The notes beneath the pieces are model-generated. The model saw nothing but the letters and a program-made list of their open reading frames with translations. It ran no database searches and was not told the origin of the DNA. Below, one piece after another: positions 49,125 through 62,300 of a DNA stretch of 64,000 nt. A program made the position numbers and the translations under genes. The DNA is from Chlorokybus atmophyticus (taxonomy: Eukaryota; Plantae; Mesostigma and Chlorokybus algae), in contig RHPI01003256.1 in NCBI GenBank assembly GCA_009103225.1, positions 92,091 through 156,090 on the forward strand. Direction: 5' to 3'. Position 1 is the first letter of the stretch. Each line of letters begins with the position of its first letter.

Positions 49125-50852
49125 GGCTAATACGGCATCGACGACCTTTTGCTACCGTTTTATGCGCGTATCACCCAGCATCCATATCAAATATGCGCAT
49201 TTTGCCGGATTGGGGTTTGGTTTCTTAAAATCTACATTACCAGCTGTTGGGCAGTGTCAAACAGGATTTTAAGTGGTGGTTGCGGCGGCAATGACGGGGG
49301 AGTGTTATAGCTCGTGCATTGAGTCGACACAAATTGAGCAGTTTCTCCCTTAATATTCACTGTATCCTACGAGTCACATACTATAGTATGCATAATTGCC
49401 GCATTACCCGTATCTAAGGTGTTCTCAGGCGCATTGATACTCGCATCACTGAGCAGGCGTACCTGATGCCGCATCCGCATCATACTTCCATGTCCGCAAC
49501 AAGTAGTTAGCTGCAATCTGCGTGAGCGAGCGATGGCAGCGCTGCTACAAGGAGAGCGCATCAGCCGCGCAGCTGTATCTAATGACACCCGCCATTAACG
49601 CGATCGCGTTTGGCAAGAGTTGATCAACTATCTGCAACATCCACAAGTTCATATTGTCGCTGCCAATGTCACCGCAGCTGTCATCACAAGCTACCTTGCT
49701 GGGCATTGGACCGACACACGCATTGGCAAAGTTGGTAGGGTCGACCGCCATGGCCATCGCATGATCGCTAACACGACCCTTGACAGTGTGATCTCACATC
49801 TCACATGCTCGTTCAGATTGCTAGAACGCATCAGCCCGTGGGACAACAACATGTGTACAGAAAACCCGCTTCTATCTATAGACATGCGCGAGTTCCGTAA
49901 AGGGTATGCCAAGATTGCCGCTCGGCAAGGCGTTCAACCTATTGCTGCTGTGCCATTGACAATTAAAGACATGTGCATGCTGATCCAGTACTTCCAGCAG
50001 CTGTGTACCCTACCTCAGCCATTGACAGTTACATATGACAGGGCTGTGCTCTTGCGCGACTATGCACTTTGTGTGTACCTGTAGTGCACATGGCAACGGG
50101 GTGGTGAAGGAGCGCGTGTACAGATGCATGAGATACAAGCGGCAGGTTCCGGACTGACGGCCACTGTAAGACATCTTAAGAATTTCAGCACTGGAGGTGT
50201 ACCAATCATACAAGTGCGCAGCAGTGGTCTGCCTGTGGAGTTCTCTGAAGTGCTATATGCCTATCTAACCTATTGTTGCAAAAGCTGCTTCGCCATCACC
50301 GCTGGTCCTCTACATCGCAAAATGTTACCCGTACCGGCCAACTGAATGTATAGGACGGTCGTGGGTCTAACAAGACTTAATTAGATTGTTGTTGTTTAGT
50401 CTATCCGCGATCCTGATATAGGGGCTTGAGCATAACGGCCGTCACCATTGGTTGGCGACCATTCGCATAAATGGACTGACCCCAACTGACATATACTTGT
50501 AAGCATAGAAGTCTGATGCGCATGCGGCATCAGATACGCCTTCTCAGTGATGCGAGTATCAATGCGCCTAAGATACGGGTAATGCGGCAATTATGCATAC
50601 GTAACTCGTAAGATACAATAGACTAGGGAAAGATTGCTCAATTTGCGTTAACTCAATGCACGAGCTTTGTAACACTCCCCCGTTATTGCCGCCGCCGCAA
50701 CCACCATTTAAAGCGCTGTTTAACACTGCCTAACAGCTGGTAATGCGGATTCTAATGAACCAAACATAATGCGGCAAAGTGCGCGTATTTATTACGGCTG
50801 CTGGGTGATACGCGTATAATACGGTAGCAAAAGGTCAATTCCGTATGAGCCG
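49125..50852. mobile_element. Inverted-repeat-flanked tyrosine recombinase unit (arms about 49125-49506 and 50493-50852)
   Basis: The arms share reverse-complement blocks such as GACCTTTTGCTACCGT, CATTACCAGCTGTT, GCTCGTGCATTGAGT, ATGCATAATTGCCGCATTACCCGTATCT and GGCGCATTGATACTCGCATCACTGAG. Confidence 0.75.
49533..50345 (+). pseudogene. Tyrosine recombinase (DIRS/Crypton-type), N-terminal and first catalytic box, C-terminally truncated
   Basis: One frame: MAALL...VSNDTRH*RDRVWQELINYL...NPLLSIDMREFRKGY...AAVPLT...LLRDYALCVYL*CTWQRGGEGARV; in-frame stops at 49596 and 50082; no HxxR or Tyr box seen. Confidence 0.7.
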
Positions 50853-53559
50853 TTCATGCCTGTAAGTTAAGCAAAAGAGACTTAACCTAACCAACAAGTA
50901 ACCAACCGGTACCCAGCAGTTAGGTACCGGCGACTGTACATCAACAGATTGTGCCTGACAGGAACCTTATGTACCTGCCGTTATTGAATGGTACCTTCAA
51001 AGGTACTTGTTCGGCTGTTGACCATGTTTGATGACGCAGTAATGATAGCGTGTAATCAATTAACGTTACATGGTAGAGTAGATTAGAACGAGGGTGAGTA
51101 GTGGCGGCATGTCTTTGGGGTATGGGGCCTACCCCGACCTCGTACCGCCAAAAACGCGACCGTTTTAACCACTAACTATGCTGAAATTGCACCGAATCCT
51201 TAGCGATATTGGGTCGCCGTTGGTCAGCAGTTGCCGCTGAGATAGTTTTTCAGCATTTTTTACGCATCTTTGCAATGATTGGCCATTTCGCTGCCCTTTT
51301 TAGCAACGGCTGTTGTCACCGTTGCGATCCCATTTGATCAATTTCATGCGTGACCAAATGGTGGCCTAACGATGCAATTTTAATTAATTAGATTGTAACG
51401 TTAAGGTAATTCAGGTTATCATTATTTTAATGGTTGTAACCTCGGCATTACTTACTGAATATCGCAGCACGTACCATGGCATAAACGTTACGTTGCATAT
51501 TAAGTTTTAAAACACTTAACTGCAGGTTGCTAACCAGATTGCACCATTTTGCATCATATTGCACCATATTGCAGCAAATGTATTCACATTGCAACAAATG
51601 TGCTTCATATTGCAACACATCAGAGATGTTGTTTAACCCTAGCGCCGGCTGGCACAGAACGGCGGCACAGCCGGGCATCAGCCGTACTGTTTTCCAATTT
51701 CGGACAACCGACGCCCACCTGCAAGAATAGCCGCCGGTTGCAACGCGCGATGCCGAAAAGTGCTCTTCCTATCAAGTTGGGTACGGCGTCGGCACAGGTC
51801 ACAAAACCAGTGTCGCGCACTGCTATCGGGCATGGCTGAGCGCGGTCGGGCAGCATCGTCCGAAATTACGAAATGACCGAAGTTAGATACACTTATCAGT
51901 ACCCGGAGGACGGCAGGAGGACGCGCGGCGGACGCCATCGAGCCGTTCGCCGCGGCTGGAGGACAACGCGGCGGACGCCCCCCGCTTCCGTCCGATCGGG
52001 CCGTTAAGCCGTCACGACCGCGGCGCGAGCTCTGACCGACAACGTGATCGTCGTGACTGAAGTTACGTCCGCCTCCGTCACGTCCATCGTGCAATGAATA
52101 AATTTGTTGCAGGTGGTTATAAATCAGTTCATGCATTGGATGCACATGACTACAATGGTTACACAATCACACATAGCACTTTGAATATACATGATATACA
52201 TTTATGGATGCTATGTGCTTTATTATATAATCTTGGGGCCAACAATGAACACTACCAAGTATTTAAGTGCTGAACATGATGTATGGATATTTGTATAAAT
52301 TGAGTTATTGTTTTCACTATTAACACAACCAGCTAGCTAGTGCAACCAAGCCCCCGCATACATGTCCACACACAGCTAATCATACAACAATGTATGCAAG
52401 ACAGTATGATTGGGTCCCCAAGTAGAACTGTTACAGCATGGGATGGTCGCAACTCTTTCTAGTCAGAGCAGCCTCCCATCAACACACCCGTGAGGAAGTG
52501 TATGTCACAATCACCACCCAGTGCCAACTGAGTACACCAATGCAATAGCCCTGTGGCGTTGTCGCCATAAATAAACCACAAGTAGGGTGGTCAAGCCACA
52601 CTTAAACTTGCAGGCGCCAAAGTTGTAACTTCGCTAACAATGCATGAGCATGCCGTATGTGATTTGCATGCTCACGCATTGTGCGAGCCGTTGCTAGCGA
52701 AGTCACGTGTGCACTAAAGGATGCAGCAACGCATGCACACATGTGCATGGCTAACTGGTCAGCGCATGGGTGGCGAGGCCTTAATGGCCTCGGACATCTG
52801 ATGTGTCAGGTCGAAGAGCAGTGGGTAGTATAAGGGCATGGCTACCACCTTGTGGTGGTAAGGAGTCATTGGCCTTGCAAGACTACATGTGTGTGGGGTG
52901 CCTTGCTAAAGCGGTTGAAGGGTGCTCTGCCCATCTATTGCGAGTAGGGCCTGGTGAGTTGTTGCTGGTTGCAACGTGTATTGTAAAGTTTAGCTGCTTG
53001 TGCAAAAAGTGTTTGGCCCTCACGAGCAGGAAAGTGAGAGGTCAACGTGACACCCTTGAACAGCTACCGCCAAATACCCCTCACACAGTAGTAAGCGTAA
53101 GGAGCCCCACACTTGTGATTGTGGTTATACTGCCAACAACCTCCTTATATCATATAAGTATGATACTCCTATCTGCTGCCTTCCCACTTGGCCATGCATT
53201 GGCCGAGTAGCACCTTATCAGCTAGCTGAATAAGTACTCTCAGCTCCACACGTGCTGACCTCAATCATGTGCTCCGCCACCTTAGGCTGTAGCACTACCA
53301 GTCAAGCACATCACTTGGCTGATTAGTGTCTGCTTGTCCTGGTAGGGCTTTCTTACGCGGATGATACCAACGCGGGGTTGTCCTCACATCGTGATGAGGC
53401 AACAGTGCATGTCACATCATGTGACTGCGTATTAATTGGTCATGTGCAAGCTTCTTCCAATACTTGTACAATTCCTTACACAAGACCATATGCTTAAAGG
53501 TTGGTTGCAAACCAGATTTCACTGTACAGTGGACACACACATGGAAGCAGCAGTCATTC

Positions 53560-55000
53560 GCAAGCAGCTGTCAAGCTATGCTATAGCAAGCAGTGCCATG
53601 TGAATGAGAAAAGCCTTGCCTGTTGGGTGTGATATAGCATTCTTGCTTCTCCATCGGCGCGTGCGAAGCCCTCGCATCTGTGGCTGGCATCAAAAAAAGC
53701 TGCTTTGGGGTCCACGGCCCCATTGACGTTGGGTAGATGACAAAAAGGGCACAGTTTGTCATCTGTTTTGTGCACGTTTTGGCATTGTCCCGCCCTTAGG
53801 TGGAAGCACGCCATTGTTGCGCACCTCCCTGACTCTCTAAATCATATTGCTGGCACTAGTGTTTCTGATTTGTTGGTGCAGGCAGACATAGTCTCCCACT
53901 CCAAACTTTTTGCATATATACGGGGCTTGTAGAACCCGCTGCGCACTGGAGGTATCGCTGAATGTCTCGGTGCTGTGCGATGACCAATTTGTCCATCGCA
54001 ACGGGCATAACGCGTTCATACAACTCAACCCTCATGGTGAGCCCCTCGACAAAACTCTTCTCATCTTGTAAATCCACCCTTGCCTCTGCAGGCTTTTTGA
54101 CCCAAGCTGGCAGTTGTGGGTGACGGCTATAGTAGAACATATGGCATGTATGCCCCAGTGCAGCTTGTCGGCTGAACCTATACCCCATTATAATCCATGG
54201 CAGCTGCAAGTCTTAGTTGCTATTGTCATAACTACGGCAACACTTGCGCAGTCCTCCTTTCACAGTTTGCACCATTTGCTCGGTGCGACCATCCGCTTTA
54301 GGATGGTTGCGGTGCATACTGCGGTGGTCGATGAAGCAGTTATGTGCCGGTCTTTGCATATGCTATAAATTCATCTTGCCCTTGAACTCGAAGCCCTGAT
54401 ATGTGAGCACCTCTGCGCACCCGCCAAACCTGCTCAACGCTTGATTAAGGAAGGCCTCTGTGATAATGTTGCTTTCCTTGTTCACAAGTGGAGTCTACCA
54501 CCCACTTGCTAAAGTGCACAATCATCACCATGATGTAGCGATAACCTCTTTGCTGACAGGTCAATCTCGTGCCAAGATTAGACACCAACAATAAAAAGAT
54601 AATGGGATGGGGAGTTGATGAAGCTTGGGATGCTTCGTGTTGAAGCTGACCTTCACCTTGTCACACTCCACACACCGTTGTAACATCGGCGCCTTAACCA
54701 CTAGGCTACGGCAACAAAAGTGGCTGCCATAGGAAGAGCCACATGCCCCGTATATGTTCTATAACCATATATGTTACACCATTGTATGATGGTGGCAACC
54801 ATTGCGGCCACTTCTGTCCACCAATACGTTGTGGTTACCAGCGCCAGCGTGCGCTTGACTCCAAAATGTCCCAGCTGGTTGTGCAGCTTACGCACAATCT
54901 CTTCTCTCTCTTGCAGCGGTGGCACTACTCTTGTGATGACATCCTTATTGGTCTTGCGAACCTTTTTCAAAGTTCCTCCTTCCAACTGTAGTTATGCGGT
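53560..55000 (-). pseudogene. Degraded Ty3 integrase plus eroded PHD finger, related to the 14815-22197 pol
   Basis: LHNQLGHFGVKRTLALV...YWW, LPWIIMGYRFSRQAAL, YERVMPVAMDKLVIAQHRD and CPFCHLPNVNG...RCE parallel the intact element's LHTELRHFGVKRT, LPWVALGYRLSKQAAL, FERTVPMAFNNLRIAQHRD and CAPCHLPYVAG...RCE. Confidence 0.85.
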
Positions 55001-56499
55001 CTGCAATACTGAAGAAACAAATGGTGACTCGCCGTCGGTTTCGTGACGTGACGTGACATTGAGTCTGTTTGTGCAGGCTGTGCAGGAGAATACGAAAGAG
55101 AAAGACTGTGTGTGCACACTCTCATCTCGCTCTGTTATAGCACGGATTGGCAGCAGCCCTTTCAATAGTTTCACCTCAATCGCATCTTGCCGATCAGTGT
55201 ATGTATACAGAAGCAAAGTCCTTAAGTTACCAAGGTAACGGTTACCTTTTGCTGCGCTATTACGTACCCCTGCACATGTTGCTGCTTGAGGGTATGAGTA
55301 TGTAAAGTCGTGTTGTTTATTAACACCACTGCGCATGCGCTCATTGCCAACGCGGCGTGATGCGGTGCGGAGCGATGCGCATGATGACCATCGTCATCAC
55401 AATGATGATGTAGAACGAGTCGCCCGTTGTTGCATGTCGGACTAGCATTGGACACCACATCTTGTGGCCTCAGGTTGTTACCGTTTCCTACTCTATTGTA
55501 TACCCTTGCACATGCTTGGGACTACCCCAGTATTTGCTATGGCATGTGGCAGCTTGAGGGTACGAGTATTCAGGTGTCACGAATCAAAATCTGGTAAGCG
55601 CTGGTTTGGCCCAGACTTGGTCCACGCTATCGCTTGTGTGCTTGCATGCACTTATATGCCCCCACATGCATGAAATTTTCTTCGTACAGCTCCTATGCAA
55701 GTGATGTTCATGCAGCACAACGACTACATGCAATAAGCACAACAGAACGGTGCTTCACATCAATGAAAATGAAGAAGGCTACGCAATACAACTTCTACTC
55801 CTCCGCTACTACGAGCTCTATCCAAGTTTAGCTGCTTAACACAAGCATCAACGGTCATGATGCGTGCCGAATCAGCCGTTCTTTGAGCATGTAGTTCGCT
55901 TGCAATCTTGGTAGGCGTTACCAATTGACCAGTGGTCCTCTGCCGCTGCCGAGCGCGCTCTTGCAATACTTCACACACGCATTTCAACTCATGTATTCAA
56001 CGGCGATCTATATGCTTGCGCTCTTCTGCAGTCAAGTTGTCAAGTGGTTTGATGCCATTAAAGTCATCACCGTGCTCAATGAGCTTGTACAGGTCCACTA
56101 TAGACTTGATGGTGCCGAGCTTGGGAAATGGCAGCACTGTACATGGTTGAGCTGGCTTGTTGTTGACTGTATTGACATCGGATGCCACACCAACTTGGTG
56201 GACCACGAGGTGGAAAGGTAGTGGTGGTCTCAGGCGTACGCGACTGACGCTGCCCGAAGTACGAAGCTATGCCGTAATCCCAACTTGGTGGCGAAAACTG
56301 CACAATTTCTCGAGGGATCATGCAAGCAAATGGTCGCATAAGTGGGTGCTTGGAGGGACTTGGCCGCTCAGCATCTGCATATGCAAGTCGTAGTTTATTT
56401 TATCATGAATTAAAAGTCATCATTGCTGCATACCAGTCGCGTGCGCACGCGCGTGTGCGTGCGACCATGCACACGCGTAAACACTCAGCTCACACAGGC

Positions 56500-58000
56500 A
56501 TGCAAACATGCGCGTCCCCCAACCATGCTGTTCGTCACGCACTCACCGTGTTCTTATGCTTGCACATGCACGCCATCAGTTGCAGTCGCACCACCCCCTA
56601 GTAACATACAAAAAGTGTCATCAATACATAGGCACAGGTACAGGTGCTGCCGTGCGGATAACACATGCTGGCAGGCCCTCGCCTAACCCATGTTGCTCTA
56701 TAGCTTACCGTCATGGTTGTGTGCTGGTGGTGCTGCGCCAACACCATTGCTCACTGCATCATGACCTGCTGCGTCTGCATCATCCTTATTGCTATGATTA
56801 CGTGCGAAGATGGCCGGAAGCATGCACACGCGCATGCATGCTTTCTCGACAATGTTCCTAGAACTCACCGTGTTGTGCGGGTTGTACGCCATCACCATTG
56901 GTCGCTGGGTGATGAGTTGCTGCACCTGCACCAGTTGCTGTCACTACCATGCGGACACTACCACGCGCGCTCGCAAGTGCATTAGGAGAGCGCGCGCTCT
57001 CCCAACCAATGCTCCTTAGCAACTCACCGTGCTGGGCAGCTTGTGACACGCAAGCAGGGCTTGTCGGTGCCTCATGAATTGCTGCACCTGCATCAGTCGA
57101 TGTCAACTTGATGCAAACATGCGTGCGCGCCTACTCTTGCAACCAATATTCAGTTACAACTCACCGTGTTGTGCATGTTGTGGTACGCTAGCACCACTGG
57201 TCGTTGCCTCTTTGGGTGCTGCACCCGCATCAGTCGCTGTTACCATATGAACATCGCCGCACACATGCGCGCACGCGCGCGCGCATGCGCTTGTGCGCGC
57301 TTTCCAACCAGAGTTTTGCAGCTCACCATGCTGTGCAGGCTGCGACACACCTGCACCACTCGTCGCGGCATCTGCATCAATCGTTTCGCTTTCATTGACA
57401 CGACAGCGCGCATGCACGCGGCACTGATGCTACCCTAAAACTTACCATGTTATGCGGGTTGTGGTACATCAACACCACTAGTCGCTGCCGCATGAGTGGC
57501 CGCACCTGCATCAGTCGCGTCGCTGTCATCAACATGCGAGCACGGCCGCACGCATGCGCGCGTGCGCGCGCACTCTCCATGCCAATGTTTGTGACAACTT
57601 ACCGTGTTGTGCAGGTGGTGGTGCTGCGCCTGCACCTGTAGTAGATGCCTCATGAGGAGCTGCACCTGCGTTGGTCACTAGCATTGCCATGCAGACGGCC
57701 ACACGCATACGGCCGCACAAGCACGCGCAATACCTCTTCCAATCTTTCATAACACTCACCGTGTTGTGCGGGTGGTGCTACTCCAGCCCCACCAGTCGCT
57801 GCCTCATGACTGACTGCACCTATAGCTCACGTTGCTGTCAATATGAGCGGGATGGCCCGCACGCGCTTGTTCACAAGACGGGCCCCTATCACCCACCTTG
57901 TTGTGCGGGCTGTGCCATGCCAGCACCATCAGTCGCTGCCTCATATCCTACTGCACCTGCATTCAAACATACATGCAGTCAGTGCATGCAGTCATATAGG
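56500..58000 (-). repeat. Tandem array of about 10 exon+intron units (120-160 bp period)
   Basis: Recurrent minus-strand donors (CACG|GTGAG/GTAAG) at about 56545, 56705, 56865, 57025, 57160, 57320, 57441, 57598, 57755 and 57892; a clean 72-nt AG/GT-bounded unit at 57165-57236. Confidence 0.8.
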
Positions 58001-58769
58001 TGTGCACAACGCTCTTGTGGCCTATATGACCGCATGCATGAATGTGCTTGAAGTAGCTAGTAGTAGCTGCAGTGGGTAGTGCTAATGTGACATGGACTCA
58101 CCTGAGACGAAAGCAAGCGACGTAAAAGCAACTCGTGTTTGGCTAAATGGTCGGTCAATGCCAGGTGCATCTGCTGAAACTCAACACCGCGCTCTGTTCT
58201 GACCATAAACTCTCGCAAGCTTTTTCGGCCTCCAGATTTCAAACTCGCCTGCTAATACCTTGCGTTGAAAGTCTTCTTGCAGCCTAATCACCGGAAGCTT
58301 GTTGTTGGAAACCATTTCGCAGCCCATGCAATGCATTCACAACACATAATGCATTTCTTTCTTAACCTGAAGACGTGTGAGGTGGATAACAGCCTGTGTA
58401 CGGGGTGCAAAGGGTATTGGCGTGCAAGCCCAGCAACAGCATCTTGCACCACTACCTTACCCAAATACTGAAGCAAAACAGGGATGCTGCGCATAGATGT
58501 CTTGGCGTCACATCCCATGTTAGCAATAACACCTTTGAGGTTGGCTAAGAATGGGAAGACAACGTCCACCAATTCTTGAGATACTTCCACCATAAAACGT
58601 TCACTCCAACAAAGAGTGAAGTCTTTTTGTGCGGCACCCGGCCAGCCACCAGCACCTAAAAGACCTTCAGGCCCAAAGCACTTTATATAACTCTTGTGCA
58701 TCGCATCGAAGCACCACTTGCCCATTCTTGCAATCTGCAATGCACATCCCGTCGCTTCTGTGGGTTATG

Positions 58770-59330
58770 CACGTGTGCACATCTGATGCGTGCAAGTGAG
58801 TGCTCGCATACGTGTACATGCGCATGCATGTGCATCAGCCCCTGGTTGTGAGGAGTTACATGTACATGCTTGTGCATGCCAGCTGCGTGAATGCATGCGT
58901 ACATGCGCGTGCGTGTACGAAAAGTCATGAACGGGTATGTGCTCATGCGTGCCAGCTGAGTGCTTGCGTACATGCATGTGCAAATACCTGCCAGCTGATT
59001 GCTCGAGTACATGCGTGCTGTGACAGATGTGCTGATGCGTGCCAGCTGAGTGCTTGCGTACATGCGCGTGCGTGTGCGAAAAGTCATGAACGAGTATGTG
59101 CTGATGCGTACCAGCAAAGTGCTTGCGTACATGCGCGTGCGTGTGAACAGTCCTGAGCGCGTATGTGCTGATGCGTACCAGCTGAGTGCATGCGCGTGCG
59201 TGTGCGAAAAGTCCTGAGCGCGTATGTGCTGATGCGTGCTGTTGTAGTGCACTTGTACGTGCATGTGCGTGTTTGTACGCGTACTAGTGAATGCTTGTGC
59301 TTGTGCATGCCAGCTGTGTGTCAATTGTGT
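58770..59330. repeat. Intronic degenerate tandem repeat (about 40-70 bp) rich in TGCA/CATG/CGCG
   Basis: Repeated GTGCTTGCGTACATGCGCGTGCGTGT and GTATGTGCTGATGCGT.CCAGC blocks between two YR exons. Confidence 0.8.
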
Positions 59331-62300
59331 ATGCACACATTGTGTTCTACTGCAACCAATTAAAACTTAACTTAAAACTGTTACCTTCTCATGGATGCCG
59401 CGGTTGTCCATAAACTGTGCACCCGCATCCCGAAATGCATGTGTCACCTTCTTGATGTCGATGTTTAATGCTGCACATCTTGTTTTAATGGACTTGTGGT
59501 GCTGTTCATACGAAATGCTCTGATCAGGCTGCACACAACCAACAGCCAATAAGTAAACATGGTTGCATGCTTTCATTCTCATCCATACATGTCATCAAGT
59601 TGTGGTTTGTGCAAGCAAGCACGACTAAATAGCCATGGATACGTACATGAGTACCAGACCATAAAGCTGTCTTCGTCCACTCTTCCTTTCTGGAAAGCGC
59701 TCGGCGTTTATGGTAAACCGATGCACAAGGTAGCGTGCCAAGGATCCTTGCGGACACTCCACCGGGTTACGAGATCGAAGAAACCAGCAAAGCTGATTTG
59801 ACCATTCTTCAAGGTCTTGCCATCGAATAGTACGGCATACATCAAAACGCATGGGGCAGGGCCTGCAATTATCAACACAAGTCAGACATGCATGCAACTG
59901 TGCAATGCGTAAACAATACCTGTGTTTTCATCAAGTTGCGGTGGGCATAAGTCTTGCACATAGAGTGCACGCCCTTCATTGGACCGACCAATGCAACTTG
60001 TAAGCCACGAAGACATGGAATGATCTCATGAAGACGCCAACGTAGTGTCCGCCAACATAGAGGTAGACAAGTTCAACCATTGCTTCATTGTAAATGCCGA
60101 GTTGACAACGCCATCTTGTGGGTCTTCGTCGGACTCCGGACGCTGCCCTTTCATTGCAACTTTGTCTTTGGCAGTTGCATACACCATGCGATAGCCCACG
60201 TGCTGTAATAGCTGAGCACGCTCCCACATGCTGGGTTGAAAGCCTAGCTCCGCTCGCGCCTCAACTTGTTGATGCGCATAGTGGCTTTGCAACATGGAGT
60301 GGCAGGACTCAATGACGCTGATTTTTTGCACGCAAAGGTTAGGGTGGGTGGGTGGGTAGGTGAAATTAAGACACCAATACAAGCCAGCAACTGTAGCTTT
60401 ATGACATACGATGCACGCAATCAAACATCAGCAATTACAATTGTTTTAGCCTTGCGAGGATAGTTGTAGCCTGGCATGTTGTTCGTCACCCACTGCATAA
60501 ACTCCATGGCTAGTCTAGCGCCAGGTTCTCCAACCAAGCAGTTAGACAGTGGTAATGAGCGTGGCAGCCCCGTGTCTGGATCATTGTCAAGAAACCATTG
60601 GTACTTCTTATGATGTTGGATGTATGACCTTGCTAAGTTTGGCCGCATGGTGTCACGTCGGTTGCGTGACACTTTTTGGTAGAAGTTGGGCCTGCAATAT
60701 GAAGCATGACCTTGAGACAAGGGAATGTCAACCACGACAAGCATTACACACAACAGTGATACTCACAATATAATAATCTTGGCGCTTGGCAGCGCATCTT
60801 CACTTGGCTTTGGTTTGCCAGCTTGAGTATCTCTGCATACATGTGTGTGTGTGCGCATGCGGTGTGACAATGGGCATCAGCGCGTGCTGTAGGGTGCCTG
60901 CATGTTTGTAACGCTACAGTGCAATGCGTGAGTGTATGCGTGTAGTTGAGTGTCTAACTGCATCAGCTGATTGACATTGAGCTGCACATCATTAATTTTG
61001 CTGCTTATGTGTGCGGCTATACGTGTATTGATGCTGCATGCGCGTGAGTGAAGTTGAGTGGATAGTGTGTAGATGAACATGTGTGCAAGCATTACCGCTG
61101 CACATGACAGCAGTTGACGAGGACAATTGCCATGCTCTGCATAAATACCTGTATGTTGACACTCGCTATTGCTCAGGCCCCGCATGGTCCTGTGTACCCT
61201 CCTCTTCAGACAACCAATCCTTAACCAACCCATAAACAAGCCCTTCCATCACCACACTATTTCGTCACACAACCTACACAACCTGCAGTCCAATACGTAC
61301 ATCATGATGACACAAGGACACTTCATTGTGTTGGTTGCGTGACAATGACACACAACATCTTGACCCCCAAGCGCATCTCTTTGTGTGCGCATGATCCTAT
61401 AGGTTTTGAGAAGGATGTTTTAGTGCTAGAATTTGTTGTATGGCACTTTCAGTCAGAGTTTGACTTGTCGTTGCAAGTGGCAGCAATAGCAACCACATGT
61501 CCAAGCCCATTGTCTCGCTTGTAAGAGACTAACACAATCCTGTAGATCATAGGCTGTTGTACTAGCAGCGTGTCATGTCTTACTGACACTTTCTAGCCAC
61601 TTAAACATACACAAACACAAGCCCTCACCGCGTGCAATCACACAATGTTAGCATAGCAGCGCACATGTGTCAGCGCTGTTGCGTTTAAGGTATCAAAGGC
61701 ATATAGCAATGCTCTTACAGGCCTAGTATACTCAGCTACGATCGACCACATCTATTTACACATGCGTCACCTGCTACGTGGACACAGTCGTTCATCCCCA
61801 ACCAAGGGTGCTGGCATGCAAGTAGCGAGCCAGCGGTGTCATGGCCAGCCGGCCAACCGCTGGCGTACCCGCTGGCCATGGTAACGGCTGCCACGTGCCT
61901 GTGTGTGCGTGTGTCGCCGCCGCCGCCGCCGCCACCGCCGCCGCCACCGCTCCTGCCGCGCCTGTCCCCACGTGGCGCTGGTGCCACGTACAATTTTCGC
62001 ACACGCGCGCGCGACTTACGCGACGCAACCCCCGCTCGCGGGGTACGCCGCGCGTCTCGAGTTACTGAGCAGCTTTGTGTGTTCAACTGCTGAAACGGAC
62101 GCTAACTGACAGTTAGCGTTCATGCTTGTAGTTAGTAACTGCGCATCATAAATCGCGGAAACGCGAATTTCATTTCGAGGTTCGCGCGCGCTTGACATGA
62201 TAAGCGGGTCCGCAGCGAACATAAGCGGGTCACGAGCGATCTTGGCTGGAGGAGTGGCGACTTACGAAGCGACTTATCTTCCTGAGCGGACAGAGCGCCG

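Larger units (their letters stand above)
55760..60835 (-). pseudogene. Crypton-like element gene: intron-containing tyrosine recombinase (NDC10-II-like) plus C-terminal GCR1_C-like domain; 5' end uncertain
   Basis: Spliced motifs: SS*DHSM...IGRSNEGR, FDGKTLKNG, RNPVECPQGSLARYL, KVTHAFRDAGA, IARMGKW...MHKSY, YLGKVVVQDA...HPVH, TIKSIVDLYKLIEHG...KPL; premature stops at 60026 and 55997 and at least one frameshift near 59780. Confidence 0.8.

Noticed and set aside
51538-51620. ATTGCA(C/A) 10-11 bp tandem units
   Set aside because: Ordinary degenerate simple repeat with no further structure.
53360-53372. TGGTATCA (minus strand) as a tRNA-Met PBS
   Set aside because: Only 8 nt, not preceded by an LTR-ending CA, and on the 3' side of the integrase remnant.
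58683-59336. 217-aa His/Thr/Arg-rich ORF
   Set aside because: Translation of an intronic tandem repeat between two YR exons.
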